DNA of 64,000 nucleotides from Lytechinus pictus (Eukaryota): NCBI RefSeq assembly GCF_037042905.1, contig NC_087246.1, positions 7,442,001 to 7,506,000 of the forward strand, read 5' to 3'. Shown piece by piece: positions 12,901 to 25,064 of this stretch (position 1 is its first letter; each line of letters starts with the position of its first letter). The notes under the pieces were generated by a model. It saw only the letters and a program-made list of their open reading frames with translations, ran no database searches and was not told where the DNA came from. The position numbers and the translations under genes were made by a program.

Positions 12901-15900
12901 TACACACATGTAGTTTTATTATCATTTTTCTTCATCAAATTCAGCACTGCTGCCAAAAAATTGTGTAACCGCCAGAGGTGTTCCACTTTTACTTTTTTTA
13001 AACTCGATTTGAAAGACAAAATAAAAAATTCGGAAGTTTCTCTTCTTTCTGATGTGTCTATTTTGAATTAGTAAGTGGGTAATAGTTGATATTGGCTTGT
13101 AATGACATTTGAATGAAAATATTATTTCATTGTACTGCAATTAATTTTTAAGGACAACTTATGTGAGCTCATTAATTTCCTACGAAGGCTGTTCTACATG
13201 ATTGTTTCATTCAAGTAAACATCAAATGGTTCTCATGTGTTACAGGTGATGATAATAAGAGCTATTTGTTTGACAAATTCTTACTTTTACAGTATGTTTC
13301 AGCTTAATGTTGCTTTAATAGTCTATTTTATAATGACAATGCTCTAGTCCCAGTACGATGTGCAGTAAACACTGTTCTGACGTAGCCCATCTTGTATGAA
13401 TTTTTGTTTTAGCAATGGTTGTACTGTAAAGTTGTTACTTGATTTGGTTGTGGTAACCCTTGTTATGATATGTTGATTAAGTTTGGTTGTGTTTTCTAAG
13501 TACCAGTAGGTCTCAATCTTACAAGGTCATATCTTTTTCTACCAAGCAATTATCGATTGTAAACTCTTGAACATATTTATTATATAAATTTGCTCTTTTG
13601 GATGATGAAGCAGAGGAAACGCAAAATCAAGTTTGTTAATGAATTTTTTCAACTCATATTTCTTGCTGAAAGCCTTTAGAGCATTTAAGTTTTGATTTGG
13701 CATATGAATGCATGATTTTGTTTAAGTGCACATGGAAGTGGATTTTATTTTACTAGATTATCGAATTTTTTAAAACAAATCGACTCTTGTGTCGTGATGC
13801 ACATTATTACATGATGAAGTTAAGGGTGCACAATATTTTTTTATATTGTAATATTTTATGATGATCACTTTTGTAGATAATTGATAAAGAAAATGGAGAT
13901 GTTATTGAAAGTAAAGTGCATGTACTGTTTGATAAATATCGAGTGATAATCATGGTTCTTATATTGCAAACTGTAATCATGTGTTAGTAATAGGAAGTTG
14001 ATGAGTAGACATTGAACATGCAGTTATGCACAGTCAGTTAGTATTCATTTACTGTTAATTTGTGTTTGCTTATTATCATGTGTATTCTCCATTCCCATCT
14101 CATATGGTCATTCAATCGGCCGTTCAACTCTTAAGATAGATATTATAAATATCAATCTTAAAACAGATTACAATTACATGTGTTTTATAATGTTGAAAAG
14201 AATTCAGCAAATTTCTTTCAGAAAGTGAGCTTAAAATTTTGAAATCCATCAAGAGTCTGACTAATGTAGTAGTTTTTATTTTTCATTTGCTCCATGAAAT
14301 GAATACAAGAGCACACAAAGTGAGTAGAAAGGCAAAAGAACATTATATCATGTGATATGCATGATACAAGGGATGCGTTATGTAATTATTATCATTATTA
14401 GCGTAGTCTCATGTGGGTCATTATGGTTGGCCAAACGCGGTGATATTCCCATTTTACATAGTCTAGGTCAGCCTTTTGGCATCAAGAAAGACAAGACAGT
14501 ACAAACTTTTCAGAAATTGTGATTGTTTGTATCCACTTGGTCTAATTACTGTCAAGTCCAGCTGTCACTTATAATAATAATTTCCATGTTGTCAACTTGT
14601 TACATTTGTTTTGCACTTTGTCAACTGAAAATTTGGTTCATAAACAGTTCATCTGGCATCACTATTAGGGTACTGCAAGAAGTGCGTGAACATGAATCAA
14701 CTGCATACCTAAAAAAATGACGTAAGTTACACTTTATTTGCAATCAGATGCAAAGCTTGCAATTGATTGAATCGATCAATCGTAAACTTCTTCTTGCAAC
14801 AGGATTGAATGTAACTTGTGTTTAGCTTCAGATTTGTGTTTCTGTCTGCTTAACTTTTGCATGATTTTGGGGACTTTTGCTTGATTTACAATCAACTGCA
14901 TGTTTCTCGCAAGTCATGTTAGAACAAGTGGATATGAGACAAATGGGTAGAACCTAGATGGAAATGAGGCTAGGAGGTGACAATGGCAATTAGACCAATT
15001 GGTAACTGATGGACTAATATTGTAGATGAACTGGTTGAATAGACCATGTGGAATGAGACCATATGGAAAGAAGACAAAGTGGATGTAGATCAAGATTCAA
15101 TTTCCTATTGTAAAACAGATATGATACATAACTTTGTTTAACATGATTTTTATTTAATAAACAGGATAGTGATGTTTATCTCCATAATTTTGGCTTATGT
15201 GATGGGTGTTTATATTCATAGTGAAAATAATAGAGGTGAATATCTCTATGTAGTTCAGTATATCCTGGGATAAGTCAGTGTATTTCAAAGGTAAAATATA
15301 AGACTTTCTATTTTCTTTGCTTGTCCAAATTTTCTGCACGATTGCATGACATCCTTAAACCCCCAACATCTCAGGATAGAGTGGAATGCTCCTCCCCAAT
15401 GAATATTACATAGCTAGCCATCGCTGGATAGGTCATAGGTCCATAGAATTAAAACATTGACTTTTTTATTTTACTTTCATATTTTTGACAAAGAATGGGA
15501 TCATGATGAAGGATGATGATGATGGCAACAGGCACGGATCCATGGGGAGATGGCCTTGCCCCATCCCCTCCCCCCAAAAAAATGAGAAGGGAGAAGGAAA
15601 GATAAACAAAGGAATGAAAAGGGAGAAGTGAAGTAAATGAGGGGAAAAGAGAAAAAGAGGGGCAAAAGAAGGAAAGGGGGGTGAAACATTAAGAGTGAAA
15701 ATGGACAAAGTCTGCCCCTGATGAGCGTAGTTTGATATGAAGGACGGGGTTATTAATGTTCTCCGACACGTTCAAGACAAAAATAATAAGAAAAAAAGAC
15801 TCTAGGTGCCAAAGGACAAACGTATCTTTTTCATAAGGATTACATGGCAGTTGAGATGTTTCGATTTCGGGTCAATTAAAATGAAATAGCGCGAGTTAGC

Positions 15901-16237
15901 GCTTCACACTTTCTTTAGTTTGTTTTCTAAGATATGCATGTTGTTCATGATTGCAAAATTGTGCATAAAACCAATGGCCTATTTTATTCCTAAATATAAC
16001 AAGAATTTAGCACGCGCTTCGCGCTCAAATATCCCTTCAAGAATATCGCCCTCTCTCCATGCACGTTTCTTGGATATTAAAGGTATTGGGTACAAACATC
16101 TTATTTTGGAAATTTTTCAAACGGCGTTGGATGAAACTTTACACAGTAGTTGATGATATTTCACCCAATAAAAGGCATGCAAGTTCCTCTTCAACAAAAA
16201 CTAATAGTTAGCGAAACTGTTTGTGAGTGTTCTCTTA

Positions 16238-16552
16238 TGCAATATTAAACAACTTAGTGAAATATAACTATGTAAATTATCAAGTGGAAACAATTTACAT
16301 GATATATATCTCAGATTTGTTTTACCTTACCTTCAAAGCAACAGAGTATAAAGTATTTTGGCAAAATAAAGTGAGGCAGGTTTTTTTGTTTTAAAATAGG
16401 CAAAAAGTAGGATTTCCTAAGACTTTCTTGAAGAAAAAAAGAAGGGAATTCCTAATTTTTGGGGGAATCGTAAATGTAAGGTAAAAACAAATCTGAGATA
16501 TATTTCGTTTTCACTTGATAACTTATATTTTACTGTGCTGTTAAATAGTGCA
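16238..16552. repeat. Diverged fold-back/MITE-like inverted repeat
   Basis: tatatctcagatttgtttttaccttac (about 16304-16330) is inverted at gtaaggtaaaaacaaatctgagatata (about 16476-16502), with weaker pairing further out. Confidence 0.55.
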
Positions 16553-17214
16553 CTTAACCAATATCTCCGGAACTGTAATCATCAAATAAATTTTCGTATC
16601 AGCTTTTAATATAGATTTTGTTTTTATTTCAATGAAAGTACAATCACTAATCAAGCGCCAATTAAAGCTAATGATTTTAAGTCAACACAATGACTTGACC
16701 AGGTCCATGTACCGACGTCCGTGTCAATTACTCGACGTATTTATTTATCATGTATTTATTTCTGTATTCTTTTGACAGGATGTTCTCTTCAGTACATAAA
16801 AACTGCTTGTTGGGAGACCTACTATACAAGGGAGAGATATAGAAAGAAGAAAAAGGAGAGGGAAGGAGGAAAGAGGGAGAGAGGCAGAACGGGAATATAA
16901 TAATGCAGTATATGTCAGAATACATAGCATAATAGAACACAAATTTGAAAATAACACAATGACTGCAAATAAAATTGAGAAAGATTATACTCTAGATAGT
17001 TTTATTTATGATATCAATTATCAAATACATTTTTATCAATTTTATATACATCATTATTTAAGTTGTATTCATTTTCCTTTTTCTCAAACATTACAGTGGT
17101 GTGTTATATGCAAAAAGACAAATTCATATTTATTTCCGACATGTCTAATGAGACGATTAGTTCTTATGTTCTTTGTATCCTTTTCTTCGATATTATGAAA
17201 ATATGAAAATTTGC

Positions 17215-17725
17215 AGTGTTCTCAACAACCAAATTCAAAGACTCCAAACTATAAAAAATTCTACAGCACGGCTCGCTACTCGAAAAAAAGGGAATGTGAT
17301 AACATTGGTTACCCGTCCAATTTCGAATCCAATTTAAGATTTTGTTATTAGTATATGATGTTTTTATATATGGACTTGCTCCTTCATACTTAAATGATTT
17401 AGTCACTGTGTAAAAGCCAACACGTAATTTACATTCACAAAGTAAGTATTCATTAATCGTTCCTCCAATAAAAAAACAAAACAAAAACATGTGATGAACG
17501 TTCATTTGCTCATGCAGCCCCTATCTTATGGAACAAGCTCCCAATTTCCCTAAAAAGAATCGATTCAGTTAACAAATTCAAAGCAGCCCTCAAAACCTAC
17601 TTGTTTAAATTGCACCTAACCCCAACAAAGTGAATTCGCCAACACATCTCTTCCTTTCCTTCATTTTCTGAAGTGCATAGAGACATATTTGTTATGTCTT
17701 ATACAAAAAACTGACTATCATTATT
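17215..17725 (+). mobile_element. Decayed 3' fragment of an L2-clade LINE
   Basis: Broken translation NNQIQRLQTIKNSTARL...HWLPVQFRIQFKILLLVY...RSFAHAAPILWNKLPISLKRIDSVNKFKAALKTYLFK, typical of the L2 ORF2 C-terminus. Confidence 0.8.
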
Positions 17726-17812
17726 ACGAACCATAGCGATGTAAAAAAATCTAACTAGGCTTATAAAAATTAAATAGTTGAAGTAAAAAGAATTTAAAGG
17801 TAAATTAATATA

Positions 17813-17992
17813 ACTGGGCGTTGTGTCGTGCGCCTGTAATCCAAGCTATGTGGGGAAGTTACAAATTGATGCAGAGGTTCGAGCCCTGGTCACGTCTTTC
17901 GGATGGTGACGTTAAAGGTCGGTCCCAGACGTAAATAATTATATCTGATTGATACACGTCTGACAAAACTCAAATACACACACACACACACA
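17813..17992 (+). mobile_element. Candidate 7SL-derived (SINE1-type) SINE with a conserved-core-like middle and (CA)n tail
   Basis: The 5' end actgggcgttgtgtcgtgcgcctgtaatccaagctatgtgggga aligns without gaps to the 7SL/Alu 5' end GCCGGGCGCGGTGGCGCGTGCCTGTAGTCCCAGCTACTCGGGAG. Followed by B-box-like ggttcgagccc, a core-like gtctttcggatggtgacgttaaaggtcggtccc, a 3' hairpin cagacgt...acgtctg, and (ca)n. Confidence 0.7.
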
Positions 17993-18985
17993 AGTAGCTC
18001 TACGATTAAGAAATTACAATTTACATGAAAAAAAGTGTAGGCCTATTTACAAACAAAATATTTGTAGCAATAAAATCATGCTTGAAAACACTCGTGCATC
18101 TAATTGGTAATATGCCATTTTTTCTTCCGATTTCCATTGATCAACATAGAAATAATTATCACAACAAATAAACAGAAACTCATGGTTTTACACACCAATG
18201 TCAAACATAAGAGAATCACACCGCTCATTCAATTTAAATCCTGTATGCAAAGAAAGCGTATATACACATGGCATGTCATTATATTTTCACATTGTTAAAA
18301 TATAATTTCCACAACCTTGTTGGAAAGACCCCCAAAATACATTTTAAAAACCCAAACAAGTAGCTTGCTATCATATAAGTATAATATTTCAACATGCGAA
18401 AAGCTAATATTGATTCACTGTTTTATCGTTTGCAATTGATGCACTTTGGTGAGTACGGTTAACTAGATTCAAATGGAGATAAGGTTTTCGCACGTCGACA
18501 AAAGATATGAATATGTGTTTCGAAGTCATTAGTATAAAAACAAATTTTTGCTGCCTTTGAATAAAATTCGTTGCAGCAATTGAATCATCAGACAATTTCA
18601 TTTTCTTCTTTCGTTTACCGAAATACCAAAACCCACAACAAGCTCTTAAAATATCATGTTACCAAGATATATACTAGGAAGTACAAATCATTATATCTTA
18701 AGGTAAGGTTTTATTTACAACACATGACACAATACATTTTTTCTTCAAGTAATGCTGATATAATTTTTTTTGTTAGAATCTTATCACGATTATATATACT
18801 ATAATAAAGGGGCTGTACTTTCCCCTTACCCTAATAAGTTCTTTAAATAATAATTACACAAGCGTAATCATGAAAAGTTGGATGCAAAAATAAAGTTTTA
18901 AAGGTTTTGCTTATTTGCACACAATGGATGACATGGAAAGACAATGTCATGGATGTCCTACTTTTTTTAATGAAATATAAAATAT

Positions 18986-19894
18986 TCAACTTTTCGTAGA
19001 TTTGAAAAATATGGGAAGCTTTTGTCTGATCAGATTGAATCTCAATAAATCGCAACATTGGCAATCCCACTTTGTTTTCATTTCCATTTCCTTCAAATTT
19101 GCCAAGTTTGCCAGCTTCTCCAGGAAGAATGCAGCATCGGCTAACTCTGCCACTAACTCTGCTATCTCTGCCACTCCTTCTGTAGCAACCAGCATAGCAA
19201 TGAAAGCTGCAATTTGTGCAGAGGTGATGATCCAATCATACCACGGCATGTCAGACAATAAGGCTTTGGTTATATCCCAGAAGACACCCTCATGGAAACT
19301 ATCAACAACAAGCACGAAAATATCTTTCGCCATTGCTGGATAGTCGCCATTTTCATAATCTTTCTGTATTTTGTCAACATCATTAATGAGCGTTTTGCTC
19401 TTGTCAAGGGCATCCAAAGCGATTTGGATGGCCTTTTTCACCTCTTCTTCGTCATCAGGAATATCAACTCCGATGAGCTCGAGGATGAGGATCACGCATT
19501 CTACAACAATACTGGCTATTTGTAATTTACTCGCTTTGTTACGGTTCGAGTTCAAACAAGTTAAACTGATGTCGGGCAGAAACATTGCACCGTCTCTGGT
19601 CACTTTGACAACCTGACCGTCAGTTGTCATTTCAAATGTTTTCTTTCCAAGTGCCCTCACCATCCCATTGATTCTATCACCTGGTAACTGTGCCAAGACA
19701 TCCTTCAGCTTGTACCCTTTCTCTCTAGCATCTAACATCTGATTCACCTCGACAATCGTAAATTCCGTTGCCTTCCGCAATTCCTTGATCTTGCCTTCAT
19801 CACTAGCTCTTTTGTAGTCCTGTGGAAAGCGTTCCATCACCGTGTGTAATGCAGCTTTGGTTATGAATTCATCAAACATCTGTTTGAAAGCCAT
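18986..19894 (-). CDS. 302-aa uncharacterised acidic helical protein with two hydrophobic segments (candidate membrane-inserting protein)
   Basis: Long intact ORF with higher GC than its flanks. ATG lies 4 nt after a splice acceptor (ttcttcattgaattcacag|aaatATG). Hydrophobic stretches LQIASIVVECVILILELIGV and WIITSAQIAAFIAMLVATEGVAEIAEL. Confidence 0.85.
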   Translation of the reverse strand: MAFKQMFDEFITKAALHTVMERFPQDYKRASDEGKIKELRKATEFTIVEVNQMLDAREKGYKLKDVLAQLPGDRINGMVRALGKKTFEMTTDGQVVKVTRDGAMFLPDISLTCLNSNRNKASKLQIASIVVECVILILELIGVDIPDDEEEVKKAIQIALDALDKSKTLINDVDKIQKDYENGDYPAMAKDIFVLVVDSFHEGVFWDITKALLSDMPWYDWIITSAQIAAFIAMLVATEGVAEIAELVAELADAAFFLEKLANLANLKEMEMKTKWDCQCCDLLRFNLIRQKLPIFFKSTKS

Positions 19895-22519
19895 ATTTCT
19901 GTGAATTCAATGAAGAAAATGTCTTATTTTGCTAAAATCATTGATTCCTTAAATATGCAGAAGCGGCATAGACAAAGGTTTTATTCATTTTGTTGAAGGC
20001 ACGTTCTAGATGTAGACGTGGTAGATGGGTGTCAATTCTTACTTGGGTTAACTTAAGTTACTTAAAAACGTGACTTTCCAAGCTTAGGAAGCTTGAAGAA
20101 AAACAAAAATAATTAAATTAGACTAAATTAACCACTAGGTTGAATTAACAGTTAATTACAATTAATTTTTCAACACAGGCACGAAAAAAATGAAAGAATG
20201 GGTAAGATCTTTCTCAAGCGCTTGGCTCATTTTGATTAGAAACCAGCCAAACTAGGCCATGGTAAATGCCATTGGACATTTTTTCCGAAGGTTACTCCGT
20301 CACTCGTGTTTTGGGTATTTCCCCATGCTATTTTGCCTTATATTCCTAGTATATTTTTCTATTCTCTCTTTAGGGGACGATCCCCTTAAAGAATTTCTCC
20401 GAACACTACACCGTTGAATAAGCATCAAATGAATAAAATCAATTTTATAAAAAGGGATCATCATTAGAAGACATCGAGGATTGATTAGTTTATGATTTTA
20501 TAAAATTGCAAATTACAATTGAAAAAAGTGATTAACAGACATGACAGTTTTTTCTTTAAATGTGATCACTTAGAATCTTAAGAAAATAAATTTATGACAA
20601 CTGAGAAAAAATACAATATTCAAAACGTATTCAGCTTATTTTGTTTGTTTAACCATGGAGCTATTACTGTTAATAGCTCTATGGTTTTAATATGTTCCCT
20701 CACAAAGAACCATAATGTTCTAAATTGTCTAATATAAAACAATATAAACCGACTTGATGATCGTAAGGATAACGAATAAACATTTCTTTAAATTAAAGTA
20801 CATCCATAACTTTTGCATGTTCGAGTACCTATCCTTGGGCCCCTTTCTTCCTGAATTAATCAGTATGTTTAAGGCTGATACAGGTCACCCAATTCTTAAC
20901 TGTTATTTATATATCACCATACAACTTTTCTTTGTTTAAATGTTAAATTTTGTTCCAGCTCACATAGTAGAGAGACAATTTACTTACTAAATCCGTTACC
21001 ACAGCTCCTCTGAAGCCTACCTCTTGAAAGCATGTCCCCTGCATGGCGTTTAGCGATGTGTGTGCTTCGGTTGATCCACTTCTTGTAAAATAATCTTTCG
21101 TGAATGTACTTTGCTCATCACTTGATTAAAGTTTTAAGAACATCAGATGGTATTAACATGGTAATAAAACAATCTTTATTTACATTTCAACCCGACTGTG
21201 ACTGACAAAGCTTTCTTGGCTTCGTGACAATATGTAGTGAATTTGGTCATCAAACTCTTTCTCCAATTTCTTTTTTTAATTCTAGAAACAATTAACATGG
21301 CCATTAACACATGATAAATTCACAAACAGTCAAATCGAAAATATATTGACAATGTATTTTCTTTCATTCTTAAATAAAATTTATGCTTTAATTTACATGA
21401 CTTGTATTGGTTTCTTGCATGTGATTGCAATGTTTATCTTATCATCGGCATGATCGGAAAGGAAAGATAAAATATTTTTTCTCGAGATTATGATTTTTTC
21501 CTCGTTGACCGGACGGACTGATCACATTTCATATAAATTTGTATCTTTTTATTTAATAAAATACAGTTTAAGAATGGTTAATTTTTGTAAAAAAAAGTTT
21601 TATTCTTAGTAATATACAAACTGTTTTGAGAAAATTTTTTTTTGTTAAAAGTATTCGTATACTATGGTGGATATGGAATACATGATTACTATTGACAGAG
21701 CATTATTTAAAAAAATGTATTTCACTGAATAAGAGTAAACCTGCTTATAAATAAACTCCTAAAAAGGTTTAGAAATCTAACTTTGATCGATAATTCCTCT
21801 TCGATTTTAGTAAATATCAATGAATAGGGCATTTGATTCTCTTTAAGATGATACCCTACATGATTGGTTCACATGGAGGTGCAGTGCCTTGAAACGCGGG
21901 GTAAGGTCAAAATTCAAAAGCTGCAAAATGGCACAATATTGAAAGTCACTGTTCTTTTTTCTGTGGTGATGAGTGAGTTTCTCAGCGGGTTTTTTTGACC
22001 GAAAACTCCTCATCGGTTTTAGAAAATATCAATGTGTAATTAATATTAATGAAGTTAATTTTCTTTAAAATGATACCTTATATGATATGATTATCATTCA
22101 CATGAAGGTGCAGTGCCTTGAAATGTGGGGCAAGGTCAAAATTCAAAAGTTGCAAAATGACACAATATTGAAAGTCACTGTTTTTTCCGTGGTGATGAGT
22201 GAGTTTTTCAGTAATTTCTGTTAATTGTTTTCATGCACCTTAACATCAAAATTAACATGGAATCAAACACACCTCTGCACAAGCAAAAACATAACAAACA
22301 AACAAAAATGCATGGGTATTTCAAACAACGACACAAACCATGTTATCTCACAGAACCATCACTACAGAAGTAGGGGCTTGGTTTGAATGGATTTTCATCT
22401 CTACTGACACAGACAAAAGAACCGTGTTCTGTATTGACCCTTCATGACTATTCCTGCTCGTTTTGCAGCTTTTCAATTTATATATATATATGTGTGTGTG
22501 TGTGGGTGCGTGTGTGTGT

Positions 22520-22725
22520 GTGTGTGAAGTTATACATGTACTACGGCTTTGGCAACTAATTTATTTAAATGTTGTAAAGAAATGGGTGAAGAGAACAATG
22601 GTAGGCTACCCACCTTCACCGACAAAGGAAATTATAATGGGTATCGTGTCGAAAATATGTCCATCTGACGGTCAATCGGATCGGGGTAACCCTATATAGC
22701 CACTAACCCGTCTCTGTGGTCTATA
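22520..22725. mobile_element. Rearranged fragment of the same (TA)n/(TG)n-associated element as 25065-25620
   Basis: Shares tgtgtgaagttatacatgt...aagaaatgggtgaagagaacaatggtaggc with the 25-kb copy, plus an inverted internal part. Ends in gtctctgtggtcta, the start of the tRNA-like module. Confidence 0.7.
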
Positions 22726-23225
22726 GTCCAGTCATTTTAACTTTTCACTTGGAACAAATTGCAACAGAATTTATTCCAATGCAGAACATTTCTTTGAGGT
22801 CCATTGAAGACCATACTAAAAGTCCCCAAAAATCCGAATAGGGGAAAGTGTTCTAATTTGAATAAACATAATGGTTAGTTTTGGTCATATTCGCTCATTT
22901 AGTTTACGTAGCAGACGACGCCACTGTAAACTATGTACTCAGACCCGATTGGAAATTATATCAATTTCGGACTCGATACTACTATAAACATTGGCCTCCT
23001 CAAACTATAGCTATATTACTAATATCAGTAAGCAAAGAATTATACTACAAGAAAACTGTTACTATCAACATTAAATGCATAAATTCGATTATAGTGGAAA
23101 TAGTGGAAGCGTCGTGGTGTAGCGGTTCTGACTCTCGCCTTGTAATCAGAGGGTCGTGTGTTCGAATCCCACCATGGCCTAGCGTGCTTTGGCAAGGCGT
23201 TAATCCACACTTTGCCACTCTCGAC

Positions 23226-23767
23226 CCCGGGGGGGGGGGCACTTACATTGGCGAGTGGATACCATGTGCGACCAAATAAACACGTAAAAAGGATGTCTTT
23301 TTCACGATAGGGCACGTAACGAGATAAGGGTGTCAAAAACACAAAAATAATGAAAAAAGTGTATCTATTTCGCTCGTAAAATTACGTGTTTAGGGTCGAA
23401 TTTGCGGGGATGATAAAACAAAATTAAAATGTTTTATAAAGGATGTCCTTTTTGCCCCAACACTTCATGTTTAGAGTCCGATTTGCGCGAGGTGTAGAAG
23501 GTGGGTCGTACTAAACCAAATAAGGTAAAGCCGACGACCGAAGGACCCGTAACAATAAAACATTCCTGTACTTGTTTAGGGGTTCATTTCAGGGAATATT
23601 TGCCAAGAGTATCGTTTTGTTTCCAATACTTGTTAAGGGTAGGGTTTCACACGCCAATACTTGTTAAGGGGTGCATTTTCAGAATATGGAAATTACGTGA
23701 TTAGGGTGCTTTTCGAGACCCCATGGTCGCGCATGGTATCCGCTCGTGAATGGAACTGCCCCCCGGG
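23226..23767. mobile_element. CCCGGG-ended MITE with 8-bp TSD (hAT-like), inserted into the SINE
   Basis: TSD ctctcgac at 23218-23225 and 23768-23775; nearly identical to the copy at 33412-33968. Confidence 0.9.
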
Positions 23768-23891
23768 CTCTCGACCCACGTGTTAAATGGGTACCCGGTA
23801 GGATGTGAAAGCCTATTATGTAGTATGCCTAGCAATTGAGTCTTGGTACTCTTGTTGGAATGCTCCCCAGGGAGTGGAGAAGGTGCATACA

Positions 23892-24070
23892 TTCAAGATT
23901 CAAGATTCAAGATTCAAGATTCAAGAAGTTTATTTCATTTCCATAACAAATATAAATCAAATACAGATACAAATTAAAGTATGAGTACAAAATCATTTTA
24001 ACTTAGCATAATTATATAACAAGGCTTGTATAAATAGGCTTTTAAAAAAAGGGTATATGGAAATGAGGGG
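23892..24070 (-). mobile_element. Short 3' end of a LINE (antisense) with a (TTGAATC)n tail, inside the SINE
   Basis: About five attcaag units followed by tttatt (AATAAA on the minus strand); interrupts the SINE body. Confidence 0.55.
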
Positions 24071-25064
24071 CATGTATGCGGGCATGCAAGGATCCGATGA
24101 CTGGGGTAATAATATGTCTGTAAAGCGCTTAGAGACGTCGTTCCGATGTATTAAGCGCTATATAAATGCGGAATATTATTATTATTATTATGTTTGGACT
24201 GTATTAATTGTTTAATATGAATAAGTCTAGGCACGGAAACTATCATATGCTAGTCACCAAGAAATGACATTTTTTGCCTGCTAGGTCTCAGAGTTCAAAA
24301 GAAAAATAAAATGTAGCTATTAGACCTGCCACATCTTTATACTACTATTATAATACCGAAGTCACTCACCCCTTTTCTGTATTTTGCCAATTTATGGAAA
24401 ATATGTCAATTTGGAGCCCCTAAAGAAGGAAGGGGTCCATGCGCTGATAGACGAAACCATATTCATATTTAAGTGGTTTCAAATAATAAAAGTGACAGAA
24501 ATGCAGAAGCAAGCAGCATATCGCAGAAATGCATATATAGGAGAATTGGAGAAATGCCTTTTGCCTTAATGGGGAGGGGGAGGGGATGGTAAAAAAATAC
24601 CATTTTGTTTAAATGAAGAGGGAAGACTTCGAGAACCACTGACATGCCAAAGGGGGTAAGCTTTGCTGAGACAACACTTCTTCATATATATCTGATAGAG
24701 GAAAATCTACTTTTTTATATCCAAGTGGTTAAGAAAAAATGAAAGAGGTTTGCTATAGAGCAGAAATAACGTTTTGCTTCAATAGGGGCCCCAAACTGGC
24801 AGGTTTTCCCAATAAATTAATTAGAAGGGAAAATTTACAAAAATAGTGGGGAGACTTCGGGAACCCCTGAGGGGGTAGGCTTTGCTTAGCCAGCACTTCT
24901 TATTATGTAGCTTATAGAGGAAAAGCTATTTTTTTGTGGTCGGTTACGAAACAATGAATGCGGTTTTCTATCATATTTTTTTTGCATCAACGAGGGCTCT
25001 GAATTGTTAGATTTTTCCATAGATATAGGTAAAATATGGAAAATGGAATATGGAATATGGAATA

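Larger units (their letters stand above)
23105..24190 (+). mobile_element. tRNA-derived SINE with conserved core and L2-type tail, interrupted by two later insertions
   Basis: A box gtggtgtagcgg and B box gttcgaatcc. Core ctctcgacccacgtgttaaatgggtacccgg. Tail tgtaaagcgcttagagac...taagcgctatataaatgc followed by (tta)n. Confidence 0.85.

Noticed and set aside
15715..15750. CTGATGA hammerhead candidate (also CTGACGA at about 31654 and 31685)
   Set aside because: No convincing stem II followed by GAAA; the 31.6-kb hits are short subrepeats of another repeat.
17813..17992. Human Alu contamination or a true 7SL gene
   Set aside because: Similarity covers only about 45 nt. There is no dimeric Alu body, poly(A) tail or S domain, and the element is embedded in native-looking flanks.
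18843..19616. Overlapping alternative-frame and antisense ORFs
   Set aside because: Shadows of the 302-aa CDS.
23105..23180. tRNA gene
   Set aside because: The acceptor stem does not pair and the sequence continues into a SINE core and tail; it is a SINE head.
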